Notes: a model not told the origin generated them from the letters alone. A stretch of DNA of 55,204 nt, filler included, from Asterionella formosa (GCA_002256025.1; 4 parts of 4 records of this genome joined end to end with filler, not necessarily neighbours in it); one strand, 5' to 3'; counted from the first letter of the whole stretch, positions 1 through 11,643 are shown. Numbers and translations: made by a program.

Positions 1-412
1 TTTCAAGTGTATGGGTGAAAGGGCGCTTATTTTATGATGCTCAAGTTACTTAGGCACTATCAAGTGACAGGGATAAGGATATGACAGGAATCATACAACA
101 AATAAATCGAAGGCGATATTTTTGTATGAAGCTGCGTATATCATATAACAGTGAGTCCTCAAAACATGGGGTAATCCGTGTTCTGGCAATATTTTCGTCG
201 ATCGCACTTTTCAACCAATATTTTAGGAGAAACCAATTGCTATAAACTTATATCTAATGGCATAGCCTTAGAGCGTACATGCTCAGGATTGCGGTCGAAG
301 TTTTAAAATTAACAAATCTGCATTTGGTAGGGTCAAACCGTGTTTTTCTCCTGTTCAGTGGGTCACAGCGGTTCCAAATTTTTTTTAGTGGGTCACATCA
401 GTTTTTTACTGG
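1..412 (-). mobile_element. Terminal part of a pogo-like (Tc1/mariner superfamily) DNA transposon, running off the window start
   Basis: Ends in GGGTCACATCAGTTTTTTACTGG followed by TA (413-414), matching the TIR of the 31473-34853 element. About 170-365 aligns by eye with the reverse complement of that element's left arm (31485-31690). Confidence 0.75.
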
Positions 413-1206
413 TACCAGGTACAGAAAAGCGTCCTACCGGTACTTTACCTCCTTGTACCAGGTAGTATGATCATACCTAGTCAGTATGTAAAAGTATGTT
501 GCTAGCTACGCACACGGAGAAGATGGTATCTTGAATGCTACATAGAATAGAGTATGAGGTACCAGGGTACCTGGTAGTACCGATAAGCAATACCAGTGGA
601 TTCGCACTGCTGACGTCGACTCCAGCTCAATGATAAATGTCGTATGTACGCACACTACATACAGAAACATGCATGAATCATACCGTAATCTCCCAGTAAT
701 TCATATGGCTTCGATTCACAAAAGCGAGGACGTTGCGTCACCAGGAAGCACCTGCTGATGGGTACATGAAATACTACATAATAGGTATGTACTGTAAAGT
801 AAGTATGACTTCGGAGCTGCTGTAGAATACAGTAGAGGAATATATAGGTACCATTGAAATGAACTCTGCCAATGCTAATTTCCGATTTCTTCAAGCAAGA
901 AGCGACTTACCTACCGGTAGTATTACTGCGCAGATGGACTCACAGGCCCATCAGAACAAATTCGTTCTGCCGGATTCAATCCTTTTTTCTCTGCTTCCCA
1001 TCCCATTCGCACAAATTCATGTACCGGTAGATCACCTGACACATTTCTATCATTCTTTCACACTTGCCAGCCATCATCAAGCTACTGAAAACTTTGCCAA
1101 AGAATACCTTTTTCAAAACCATTCATTCACCTCGGCAGTCGTTCCCACTTTCTAATCGTCGACTTTCTGCCTCTGATTCAAGGCGCACGATAATAAAACC
1201 ATTCCA

Positions 1207-2604
1207 ATGATCATGACTAAATGGATTGTAGCGACATTCTTTTTATCGGCCGTGGCCTTTGCTCCGGGATTAACGACCCGCTCACTTCAGAGGACAACTA
1301 TTCCACCACTTCATATCTCATGGTGGGACTCGGAAGGCGACCACGAGTCATACCAGCGCGCAATGCAGAATAATGTTCGCCGAACAGACTTCCGTAACTT
1401 CCTGACGCAACGAAGTCTGCAATCGTTCATCTACCTTCTCAACTCTTGCCGAGATCCTCATACCGTGAGATGGCTCGAAGAATTTGGCGACTGGAAAAAC
1501 ATTGAGCACTTCCATGGAACAGGTGCTTTGAACTTGACGCGGTTCCCCACATGGGATGTCATGTTGTTGGACATGATGAAAATGCCTGAAGATGTCGTCG
1601 TCGTAAAAACTAGCAAACGCGGGCCAGGTTTTGGTGGAAGGAGGACTAAGAACCCTTTTTTGGAGGTGAGTACACAATAGGAGCTCTCGTGTCATCCTCG
1701 AGGATGTGGTCATAAATTCTTGGGCCATCATTTTCAGTCACGAAAAAGTGCCGATCGGAACTATGTAGAAATATAGTATGTTTCTACGCCGAAGCCATCT
1801 GCTCACATTGCAGCGCCTTCTTACGCCAAAAATTCATCACAGGAGGAATTCGTTGAATTTCGGATTGATGTAGACCCACCATCGTTAGTCAATCGCATCA
1901 TTTCTGTTAGAGAACAGCTCTCTGCTGAATGGGACGAAGACTTGGATACCTTGAGAGCCGCCAATGACATGATTTTGGAGTCTTACCACCACAGAACCAA
2001 GGGTCATCGTGCCGTCGAGGCGAAGGACGCTTCTGACTCAGGGACTGGTGCTGAAACTTTATTCAAGTCAAGCGCACGCGATGAGGTAGCCTTTGAACGG
2101 AACGCTCAGTTCATGTTACAGAATTCGAATGCTTTCAACGATCTGGCCTCGTCCCCCTTACGCCAAGGAAACTTTGATTTGCTCATGTTGCTTTCCACGC
2201 AAGAGAGTGTACATCGGGTTTTGCGCAATTACAAAGATGCCGGACGAGAACATGATGCAAACTTTGAGTGGTTTCGCGATTTTTACGTGGATCGTGTTGC
2301 GTGCTTTTTTGACGGTAACCAGGAACATGGTCGGGCCGACGATTTTCTGGATGAGCTTCTCCGCACTGCTCCGTTGGTTAAGAATGTCGGCAACAAGGTG
2401 GTCTTCATTGATCCCCTTCTAATTGTGGAAGACATCGTTCGAACACGTGGAGCTATAGCCATGGAGTGGAAAGAGGTTGCTGCCAACGTGCAGAAAGACC
2501 ACACTTCGTTGCGGCGTGAGCTCCTCGGTAAACAGATGGAGAGGTGGGGTCACGCTCCCACTGCGACAGAGGAAACGAGAGTGGAAACGAATAGCTTTCA
2601 GTAA
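1207..2604 (+). CDS. Plastid-targeted hypothetical protein, two exons (1207-1665, 1843-2604)
   Basis: Phase-0 intron GTGAGT (1666) to CACAG (1842) joins ORF 1207 in frame to ORF 1942 (...NPFLE|EEFVEFRIDVDPP...). The N-terminal hydrophobic signal ends in AVA-FAP, a diatom-type ASAFAP motif. Confidence 0.8.
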
Positions 2605-2881
2605 TAGGAAGCAGTAGACAATGAAGACACCTGTGAGTTTACATAAAATAAGGACGAGAATGACATGAACTGTTGAGACTGTGGTCAATTGGGTCAAGAC
2701 TCTTCGATATACATATAAAATAGGAAATTTTGAATGTTGCCTAATGGGTATGAACTTTCTGTCACTTGAAATTGAGATCAAAATGATACCAACTCACCTT
2801 TGTCAACTCCACCAAGTCGACAACAATTTCCACCACTACTCAGCTGCAAGGGAGCAAGCAGAAACTCTGTCAGCGTCTGCG

Positions 2882-4390
2882 TCACTTGATTTGTCCGTCG
2901 CCAATTCGTACGACTACCGTTTTGACGTGGAGAAAGGTCACTGCTCCTAACATGGACAATACTCCGTAGATGACAAGGGAACCATATTGAGCTGAAAAAA
3001 TGTTATCGGAAAAGGAGAAGGACACTAGTAACCCAATCATTGTTGGTGCAATTGCTCTTGCAATGCTTCCACCAGTATTACAAATACCATTCATTCGCCC
3101 ACGCTGTTCGGACGGTACAGTCTTATTGAGCGCTAACGCTAGCGAAGTAAAGAAGAGGCACGAACAAGTCTTGACAATACCCATCAAGAGTGCTAGTAAC
3201 GAGAAGATAACCCAAGTCACTTGGCCCAATTGATCTTGTAGGACCAGCGAGCTTGGTATCAGTGTACACGGTTGAATTCCAATCATGCTTCCAATGACCA
3301 ACGCTGAATGCACGCCGAAATGGTGGACCACCGTCTTGAAAACCGCATATTGCGCACAAGCAAATAAAACACCAGCCCCTGATAAGATTTTCCCAATGGA
3401 AGCCCCATTCAATCCAAGACCTCCTCGGTGCGACATGCAAAACAGAGGAAAAGCCACGTCAGCTGCCATGGAAATGAAGGAATAAATCCAATGAGAAATA
3501 AGAAGGGCACGGGTGTCAAGTCTACTCCAAATAGACTTTTGTCGTCCTTTCGTTTCGTCATTTTTATTCAATGGTAGAATCGCTTTTACATCCGCTGGTG
3601 AAAGTTGATCATCAGACGAGAATAATGAGCCCGTTCGACTGATCACTTGACGACTTGATGAAATCAACGTATTTATTAAGTCTGCCGGTATACGCCAGGG
3701 GCTTGTTCGTTTGCTCAATTCCAGGGTTTCTGGTAAAAAGAGACATACAGTGACCACAGCAATTATGCAACATATAGAGCCCAAAAAATTGGGCAAGATG
3801 AAAGGGTACTTGGTCAGAAGTTGAACTTGCCATTCATCCCCTCGCCAGAAATTCGGGTATTGCTGCAGAGGCTCGGCCAACAAACCTCCGATAGCTGGAC
3901 CAAACAAGTAGCCCCACGCTCTCATGCCAATCACAAGAGCCATAGCTCGTTGCTCCAACATTTCTTCCCCATTCGCGATTTCCGTTGCGACGGTTTTGGT
4001 ACATCCAAGCATGCCATTACTCATACCCAAACAAAACCTCCAGAAAACGGCATAAATGAAGGATTTTGAAAAACCAAACAATACGGAAAACAGGGAAGAC
4101 AATAGTAAGCTTGAGATAAGTACGAAAACACGTCCATATCGGTCAGACAGCCTTCCCCATTCGTATGATGTCAGAGTACGACCGACCATGAAGCTGGACT
4201 CCAATAAGCCTGCGTAGCTTCCAGCGTTTTCTTCATTTGCTGATGGTATCATTCGAATACAAAGGAATCCGGCATAAGGGAAAACTGATACCATCAAATA
4301 TGCATTCATAAAGCTGCAAAGACAAATAGAAACAATGGCAGCAGTTTGGTTACCAACCTTCACCGAGGGTAGCGATGATGTGCCCGTCAT
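2882..4390 (-). CDS. MFS transporter, zinc-induced-facilitator-like (ZIFL) type
   Basis: 502 aa with about 12 hydrophobic segments. MFS motif A (WGRLSDRYGR), GPAIGGLLAEP, KYPFILPN and a second-half EQRGRMNG motif. Confidence 0.85.
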   Translation of the reverse strand: MTGTSSLPSVKVGNQTAAIVSICLCSFMNAYLMVSVFPYAGFLCIRMIPSANEENAGSYAGLLESSFMVGRTLTSYEWGRLSDRYGRVFVLISSLLLSSLFSVLFGFSKSFIYAVFWRFCLGMSNGMLGCTKTVATEIANGEEMLEQRAMALVIGMRAWGYLFGPAIGGLLAEPLQQYPNFWRGDEWQVQLLTKYPFILPNFLGSICCIIAVVTVCLFLPETLELSKRTSPWRIPADLINTLISSSRQVISRTGSLFSSDDQLSPADVKAILPLNKNDETKGRQKSIWSRLDTRALLISHWIYSFISMAADVAFPLFCMSHRGGLGLNGASIGKILSGAGVLFACAQYAVFKTVVHHFGVHSALVIGSMIGIQPCTLIPSSLVLQDQLGQVTWVIFSLLALLMGIVKTCSCLFFTSLALALNKTVPSEQRGRMNGICNTGGSIARAIAPTMIGLLVSFSFSDNIFSAQYGSLVIYGVLSMLGAVTFLHVKTVVVRIGDGQIK

Positions 4391-4612
4391 GGTGATGAGG
4401 TGGCGACTGCAAAAAGTGTTGAAGAATTTGCAACTATTCTTTTATTCCATGATGTGCTCCGAGGTGGCGGGAAAATGCATGTTTCACTGGCTCTTCATGG
4501 ATCATGAACATGATCTAAACTTTAGTACCTGGTAGCTTCGCGGGGTATTCTTTGTCTACCGGGAAGGTCAGGTAAAACACGTTTTTTACTATGGCAACTA
4601 GTAGCTACGTTG

Positions 4613-4790
4613 GCTACCTCATGTAGTTTCAGGATGCAGCCAGCCATAAAAATAACGATTTAGCTAAATATCTCGACTATCAGTCCTTCCGGTAGGCAGC
4701 AGCTACCTCATGTAGTTTCAGGATGCAGCCAGCCATAAAAATAACGATTAAGCTAAATATCTCGACTTTCGGTCCTTCCGGTAGGCAGCA
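4613..4790. repeat. Near-perfect tandem duplication, 89-bp unit x2
   Basis: GCTACCTCATGTAGTTTCAGG... starts at 4613 and again at 4702, with few mismatches. Confidence 0.9.
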
Positions 4791-5719
4791 GCAGCGCAGC
4801 AATGATCATCGCTTATGTGCTCATGATGCCAAATACCCTATGTGTAGTACCTTGTACAGCAAGCAAGTACGCAATCTATTAGGTGGCAATGTACCCACCA
4901 GACACCTTTTATGTGCGTTTTTTCAGTTTTGACTCACTCACAATGATTCATCCCTTGCCTGCCAGAAGGGTTAGGCTGGCTTTCCATTCCAAACTCTCTT
5001 AAGTAACTTCTCCATCCTACGATAACCTACATGTGTGTTATGTGTTCATTCACAGAACCAAAATGCTTTTAAATACAGGATAAAGCTATATTGTCAACAT
5101 GTATCCGAAATATCATTTTCCGTCTCTCACCGGTACATATTGAGTTAGGGTTAGGGAAAAGGAACGACGCCTCTAGGCGTCATCCCTATAGAGCATCCAG
5201 CCCTTCTAGGGCTGGGCATGTAACTGTAGCACAGAGTATCACTAATCCTATAGATGGAAACTGGTATGAGAATGAGTGTGTAAGTACCGGTTGTTTGTCT
5301 TTTGATATCAATATGTAGAAGTGCACTGTGTTGTACTTACCAGAGTGATGGCCATGTAAAACTGTTATACATTATTATTATGTTATGCATGTCATATATA
5401 TAAAATTTCGCATTCGCGGGTGCATCCCGACTGACATGGTGAAGTGCCAATATTTGTTGTTACTTTTAGGTGGAGTTTAGCAATTCCATGGGCATGGCAA
5501 CAGTTGCGGCATGATGGTACATCGATGTTATGTTTTGAAAAATGTAATTGCTGTTGGTATGGTTAGGATTAGGGTTAGGGTTAAATTATCATTCATTAAC
5601 TCCAAGTCATATTTTGATCATCGAAATCTTGTTCAACTACTTCTACAGGTAATAGTGCTATTCAGGAACTGGAAGACGGTTTGGTTATAGAGTTCACAAA
5701 TCACTCAGTAACTTCTAGG

Positions 5720-5855
5720 CGTAATCAGTAAATTCTATTCGAAGTTAGCAAATTCTATTCGTAGTCAGCAAATTCTATTCATAGTCAGCAAATTCTATTT
5801 GTAGTCAGCAAATTCTAGTCGTTGTCAGCAAATTTCTAGTCATATGTAGTCAACA
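5720..5855. repeat. 20-bp minisatellite, about 6 copies (GTAGTCAGCAAATTCTATTC)
   Basis: Direct tandem copies at 20-bp period. The same unit forms the core of the 28.3-28.9 kb palindrome. Confidence 0.85.
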
Positions 5856-6749
5856 ACTTGATCTGTACTCGTAAACAAAAGAGCCATTTTGAAAATATCA
5901 ATGGACTATTATTTGATATTGTTTAATAGAGAATCAAAAAAATTGGTTTCCCCCCACAGATTGCCTTAGAGTAGCATGTTGCATGCTGTGAAAGTGTTAA
6001 ATCTTGGCTGTCACAACTTCGTTGTTTTGTGCATCGCCTAAACTACGTGAAGAAATGCGCCATCAGCGACTTCAATTTCCGTTGTCAATATGAGTGCTAT
6101 TACAATTATTTTTTACGGCATGATGCCGCATTCTCCAGCCGCTCACAACAACTAGTACACTGTGACAACTGACCATATAAAGTGATAGCGCAGCAGCATT
6201 CTTGGCAAGATTGGACTAACTCTTGTGGACACTTCACCCAGGGAGGCCTCCTCCGGCCAATCCTGAGTTGCCAGGTACATATCAGATGGGTAAAAACAAA
6301 TCAAGATCTCTCCATTCCGAAAAGATTATTTTCCAATTGCGGCGGCTATGAATTTTAAAGCTGAAATGCGTTTCCTACCGCGAAGGAATTCCATTTTGGG
6401 AGTTGTTGGAAATTCTTTGGAAAAAGTCATTCCTTTCCGCGCCAGAATTCCATCACTCCTTGCATATTTTGGAAAAATCGGCATATTTGAATACAATGTA
6501 ACAAAAGAAAACTACTTGCAATGTTAAATGAATCAACTGATCAACAATTTTGGTGCTTTTGGTAGCATCGGCTAGTGAGAACCTAACAAACAGGATAAAT
6601 GAAACAAATTATAGGAATCAATGATAAGATAAAATTATATGTTTTGGGCCCTTTGATTATTTGATGGATCTCTAGGCCATTTGCGTGGTCATTCCTATGC
6701 AATGGTAATTCCAAAAATTGAACTCCCAACAATTCATCTGAGAATGGCA

Positions 6750-7026
6750 TTATGTGAGCAAAATTATAAGACAATGTGAACTAAATCACAGAATTAATTG
6801 AAGTATTTCAAATAATTACGTGAAGGTGATCAAGTTATATAGTGATGATCAGGAATGCATGCATGATACCAGTACTCTGATCAAATATTTAATGTGATGT
6901 ATTCAGATAATATATAGATATATTCAAGTAAGCATTTTGATGTGTTCAACTAATTCATGTGATCCATCCAAAATCAACTAGGCTTATTTACGTGATGGTC
7001 ACTTCACGTAATACGCGGCTTAGATG
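6750..7026. repeat. Dispersed repeat, copy 1 (copy 2 at 37298-37568); probable transposon terminus
   Basis: About 275 bp highly similar in direct orientation. Both copies stop sharply at GCGGCTTAGATG, just after a TTACGTGA...TCACGTAA hairpin. Confidence 0.85.
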
Positions 7027-7800
7027 TCGTTGAATCTGCGGTGACTACCGGTAGGTTGATAACTTCTATTACTGTTAGATAATTTTTCTTTATGTACATG
7101 TACAAGTACGGTAGTCGAGAAAACTTGAGCGATGGACGTATCAAAGAGGGCGTAACATCTCAAAATGCAAGAAAATACGTTCTCATGTAACGTTGTACTG
7201 ATTTTCACGTACATACTAATTGTCGTGGTTGACATTTCTACCAGGTACGGGGTACCACCCTGGTACTTATACCAGCTACTCCAAAAGGGCAGTACGACAC
7301 ATAAGTCATTGTTTCTGTCGCTACATAATTCGAGGGTCTAAATACATCCCTACATATCCAAAGTACCAGGTAGCACCACTCGACAAAGCCTCTGACGTAG
7401 GAGCTGAGCAATGTGAAACAATATACCGGTACCTGCTACCAGGTACCTCGTACCCTGGTGCGTACCGGTATATAGTATGAAGATCTACGTATGCCCATAC
7501 ACACCACCTGTCCTACCACGCAAGTACACCGGCGTAATTTTACATGAAACTGGCTGTGGCTGATGCCAAGCGGAGCCTGATTCACATCAGCCAAGGGACA
7601 CTCTGAGGCGATCCGTAGTTACATTTCTTCAGGACAAGAAACTGAGAACTGCGTTCAATTCGTTGATCGCGTTGTCACTCCCTGAACCTGCAACTTAAGC
7701 AAGCGACCGCCTGCACTGACCGGTTAGCCTAGACTTTTGTGTAGGCTTCCAAAAGAGATTGATATTGATACATTGGATACCCAAAGCCACTCCAAGCAAT

Positions 7801-10800
7801 ATGAACATCAATGCATTATGCCTCGTTTTTGTTGTCTCGGTTGCCTCAACGGCATCCGGTTATACCTTCACATCAACAAGATGGGGGAAGGCACATGTGA
7901 AGTCATCTTCTAGAGCCTATCGATCCTCCCTGGTGATGAAAGAAGGAGGAAATGATTCTTTCTCGCTAGGCACCCTTTTTGGAGGCAACAAGCGCGACTC
8001 CACTATCCAAGCGTCGCCATCCCTGCGAGGGAATAAGGCAACTCTGGAGGCTCATCCTAGTGTGCGGCCTCATATTTCTCCATTGAATCGACTTGGAAAA
8101 GATAAGAAGAACATTCCAACCACTGCAGAGCCCCTTCCTGTCCATCCCGAAGTTGTTTCTGGTGTACTCGACAATGGCCTACCTTACATTATCCTTCCAA
8201 ACAAAAGCCCCCCTGGAAGATTTGAAGCGCATCTTCAGGTATTCTCCGGATCTGCAGATGAGTTGGAACCTCAACAAGGTATAGCTCACTTGACTGAGCA
8301 TGTAGCTTACATGGGATCTCGCAAACGTGAGCGCCTCTTTGGCACTGGATCTCAGACTAATGCCTACACTGATTTCCACCACACTGTGTTTTATGCTGCC
8401 TGTCCAGTGCAAACCCCCCGAGGAGGTGCTCCCATGCTTCCAATGGCGTTAGATGCCTTAGTAGACGTCATGGAGGCCCGTGTGGAAACGTCGAGATTGG
8501 AAAAAGAGCGTGCTGCTGTTCTGTCAGAGATGACCATGGTAAATACGATTGAATACCGTGTCGAGTGTCAGATTCTTTCGACTCTTCATCGTGAGAACAG
8601 ATTGGCGAAAAGATTCCCTATTGGAAAAGAGAGCTTGATCCGGACTTGGAAGAACGAAGACGTCAGGAGCTGGCAGCGTACTCATTACCGACCAGACAAT
8701 GTGCTCTTGTACCTTGTTGGAGACGTGGATCCCGCAGAAGCAGAGAAGGTGATTGCTGAGAAATTTGGTCACATTTCGGCAGAGAAACAGGCGAGTGACA
8801 TCAAACTTCCGGAAATCAGGAAAGAAGCTGCTGCTTTGGCCGATGCTCTAGTTGTCAAGACGGTAAAGGCTGCTCAAAGTTGGCATTATCCTCCCGTACG
8901 TCACGATTGGTGCGTTCCCAACGGAATGCAGATTGATGAAAGTCTTATCAAGTCAGGGGAGGTTATAGATTATGACATTCACCTCCAGAACTCATATCCT
9001 TTGGACGACAAGGTTGCATTGCTCGAGTCCCAGGAGGTTGCGCCTGGGAAGAAAATTCGCCCACACATTTACAGACACGAGCTGTTGCAGGCTTTCTCGC
9101 TCCATCTGTTTGCCAAGCGCCCCGTAGAACCCATCGTTGATATTGACTCCTTCCGTCGTAGTTTGGCTCGACGCATTGCTCTTGCAGCTTTGCAAATCCG
9201 TTTGAATGTCGGTGGTCGTAGCGACGATCCTGCTTTCACTTTTGTTGAATTCAACCAGCTCGATTCTGCTCGTGAGGGATGTGCTGTATGTAGTTTGGAT
9301 ATGACTGCCGAACCTAGGCGTTGGAAAGAGGCTATTTGCAAGTCTCTGTCCGAGATTCGCAAGCTTGGTTTGTATGGTGTCACCCCAGGTGAAATCGAGC
9401 GGTACGCCTCATCGCTCATGACCGACGCCGAGCAATTGGCTGCTCAAGGTGATCGTGTCGGCCACGGCGACCAACTTTCGCATTTGATGGAGACTGTTGC
9501 CAATGGTCATACTTTCATGTCTCCTGAGCAATCATACTACATGACTGCCAAGGCCCTTCAATCGTTGACTGTGGAAGATGTGAATACTGCTGCTGCTGAG
9601 CTTTGCTCTCATATCACTAGCTTCAATGCTGCGGCCCCTGCTGCTACTGGTGTCACTATTGCTGTGGCGTGTACGCCAAAGGGGGCAGAATCCGACGATC
9701 CTGCTTATTGTGACGAGGAAAGCTTGGTGAAAACAATTTACGAAGCGTGCCAGCTCGAGGTTGAACCGGCAGAGGAAGTAAACGTTCCACACTCCTTGAT
9801 ACCGAAAGAAGAAATTTCAAAGGCTTGCGAAGCTTATCCTCCAATTTGGAAGGGAGGAAGCTTCACTGATGGAACTCCTAATACTTCTCCTGATCAGATG
9901 ACACGTCCTTTCACGCTTCGTCGCCTCGGAAACGGAATTCGTATTGGTGTTGCTCAGAACCCCGCCGAATCTCAACGTGGACACCTTCGCTTGGTCGCAC
10001 CTGGTGGAAGGGATGCCGAGAAGAGACTTGGATTCAAGAAGGGATCAATGGCTATTGGAGCCCGCACCATGCAGGAGGGTGGAGCGTTTGGTCCGTGGAC
10101 GCGTGAGCAAGTTGAGCTTTTCTGTGTCGACCACCTCTTAATGGTTGAGATCAATTGCAATGAGGAGTCTGTCACTGTTGATTTTGTTTTCCCAACAACC
10201 AATGTTGGGAATGTTGGTTATGGTGATGACATTCAGCTGGGAATCACTGGAACCGAATCCGTTCTTCAGGTCATTCGCGAGATCATTATCGGATTCAAAT
10301 GGGAGGAAGATGCTCTTGGCCGCAGCAAGCAAAGCTTCCGCAGCTCTCATGAGAGTCTGCAGAAGAATCTTGAAGGCCTGACCACGGAGCGAGTGATGGA
10401 GACCATGACGAAAGAAGATGACAGATTTCTTTCTATTGACGTCGACTCTGTCAATGCCATCACCCTCGAGGATGCCAAGCAAGCCATCATGTCCCAAATG
10501 CTTCCTTCTGCTCTTGAAATTTCTATTGCTGGAGACTTTGATCCTAGAGAAGTTCTGGATATGGTGTACACATATCTCGGCAGTATTCCAGAGGATGCGA
10601 ACAAGGAATATCAGAGAGAGGCTGACGAAAAGTCCATGAGTGTTCCTTTGTTGGAGCGTCCTGGAAAGCACATTGATCTTGAATTAGTTGATTCTGATCC
10701 GCGAGCGGTAGCCTATGTCTCTGGCTCTGCGCCCAATGCATGGGGTTTCTTGGCTGATGGTACTACTGTGACAGAGAAAGTTTTGAATGCGGATCCCAAA

Positions 10801-11418
10801 GCATCCGATTATGACAAGAAGCGACGAGGACATCCTTTGTTCGCTCATGTTGCGCTTATGTTGCTTTCTGAGATTATCAACCGACGATTATTTAGTAATG
10901 TTCGGGAACGAAGACAACTTACCTATGATGCTAATTTTTCCTTTACTGGGTTCGAACGATTGTTGGGTGGTTGGTTTCTAGTGACGGTGACCGCTTCGAA
11001 GGAAAAAGCACAGCAAGCACTTGAGGCCTGCAAGGAGACTCTTACGTCCCTTCGCCGAGCCTCTCCAGTATCTGCTGACAATGTTGAATCTGCCAAGCGT
11101 GTTGTTTTGAACCGTCACGAGGGTGAGCTTCGAACATCTGCATACTGGACTCAAATCATGACAGGTATTCAAGAAGAGTCCATTCCTCTAAAGGGTCCCT
11201 TGAGTGTGACTGATTTTCATGCTGTGGTTGAGTCCATCACACCACGTGACTTGCAACTCACTCTCGAGACTCTTGGTTTGGATGAAAGTAATCTGTACAC
11301 CGCTATTGGTCAAACCATAACACCAGACAAACCAGAGGGAATCGAAGACGAGGACGATCAGTTAGTGAGACAAGCACCCGTGATTGGTATGCGACGAGGT
11401 GGTGCATTGACCGGCTAG
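7801..11418 (+). CDS. SPP: Plastid stromal processing peptidase (M16 zinc metallopeptidase)
   Basis: Single ORF of about 1205 aa from ATG 7801. Inverted zinc motif HLTEH within QQGIAHLTEHVAYMGS, plus NAYTDFHHTVF and RFPIG as in plant SPP. Signal peptide ends ASG-YTF, followed by a Ser/Arg-rich transit-like region. Confidence 0.93.
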   Translation: MNINALCLVFVVSVASTASGYTFTSTRWGKAHVKSSSRAYRSSLVMKEGGNDSFSLGTLFGGNKRDSTIQASPSLRGNKATLEAHPSVRPHISPLNRLGKDKKNIPTTAEPLPVHPEVVSGVLDNGLPYIILPNKSPPGRFEAHLQVFSGSADELEPQQGIAHLTEHVAYMGSRKRERLFGTGSQTNAYTDFHHTVFYAACPVQTPRGGAPMLPMALDALVDVMEARVETSRLEKERAAVLSEMTMVNTIEYRVECQILSTLHRENRLAKRFPIGKESLIRTWKNEDVRSWQRTHYRPDNVLLYLVGDVDPAEAEKVIAEKFGHISAEKQASDIKLPEIRKEAAALADALVVKTVKAAQSWHYPPVRHDWCVPNGMQIDESLIKSGEVIDYDIHLQNSYPLDDKVALLESQEVAPGKKIRPHIYRHELLQAFSLHLFAKRPVEPIVDIDSFRRSLARRIALAALQIRLNVGGRSDDPAFTFVEFNQLDSAREGCAVCSLDMTAEPRRWKEAICKSLSEIRKLGLYGVTPGEIERYASSLMTDAEQLAAQGDRVGHGDQLSHLMETVANGHTFMSPEQSYYMTAKALQSLTVEDVNTAAAELCSHITSFNAAAPAATGVTIAVACTPKGAESDDPAYCDEESLVKTIYEACQLEVEPAEEVNVPHSLIPKEEISKACEAYPPIWKGGSFTDGTPNTSPDQMTRPFTLRRLGNGIRIGVAQNPAESQRGHLRLVAPGGRDAEKRLGFKKGSMAIGARTMQEGGAFGPWTREQVELFCVDHLLMVEINCNEESVTVDFVFPTTNVGNVGYGDDIQLGITGTESVLQVIREIIIGFKWEEDALGRSKQSFRSSHESLQKNLEGLTTERVMETMTKEDDRFLSIDVDSVNAITLEDAKQAIMSQMLPSALEISIAGDFDPREVLDMVYTYLGSIPEDANKEYQREADEKSMSVPLLERPGKHIDLELVDSDPRAVAYVSGSAPNAWGFLADGTTVTEKVLNADPKASDYDKKRRGHPLFAHVALMLLSEIINRRLFSNVRERRQLTYDANFSFTGFERLLGGWFLVTVTASKEKAQQALEACKETLTSLRRASPVSADNVESAKRVVLNRHEGELRTSAYWTQIMTGIQEESIPLKGPLSVTDFHAVVESITPRDLQLTLETLGLDESNLYTAIGQTITPDKPEGIEDEDDQLVRQAPVIGMRRGGALTG

Positions 11419-11643
11419 AATATGATGTCAAGAATTATAAGTTTTATAGATGGAAATTAATATTATATGTTGAAGGTAGAACTACCAGGAAAACGGAGAA
11501 ATTATCAAAGCCGTGAATTGCTCCCGAACTATATTCAGGCAAAGCAAAAGTACAGCCAGGCAATGAAAAAAGGAAGATACTAATTATTGTGCGCTTTTTG
11601 ATCAAATCCAGTCGGGGGAGCCCACAATTGTAGACCAAACTTT

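Noticed and set aside
5720..5855. 20-bp repeats (and those at 54019-54265) as a CRISPR array
   Set aside because: Units are contiguous with no unique spacers, there are no cas genes, and the context is eukaryotic.
7759..7800. N-terminal extension of SPP from the TTG start in the ORF track
   Set aside because: Eukaryotic gene; ATG 7801 directly begins the signal peptide.
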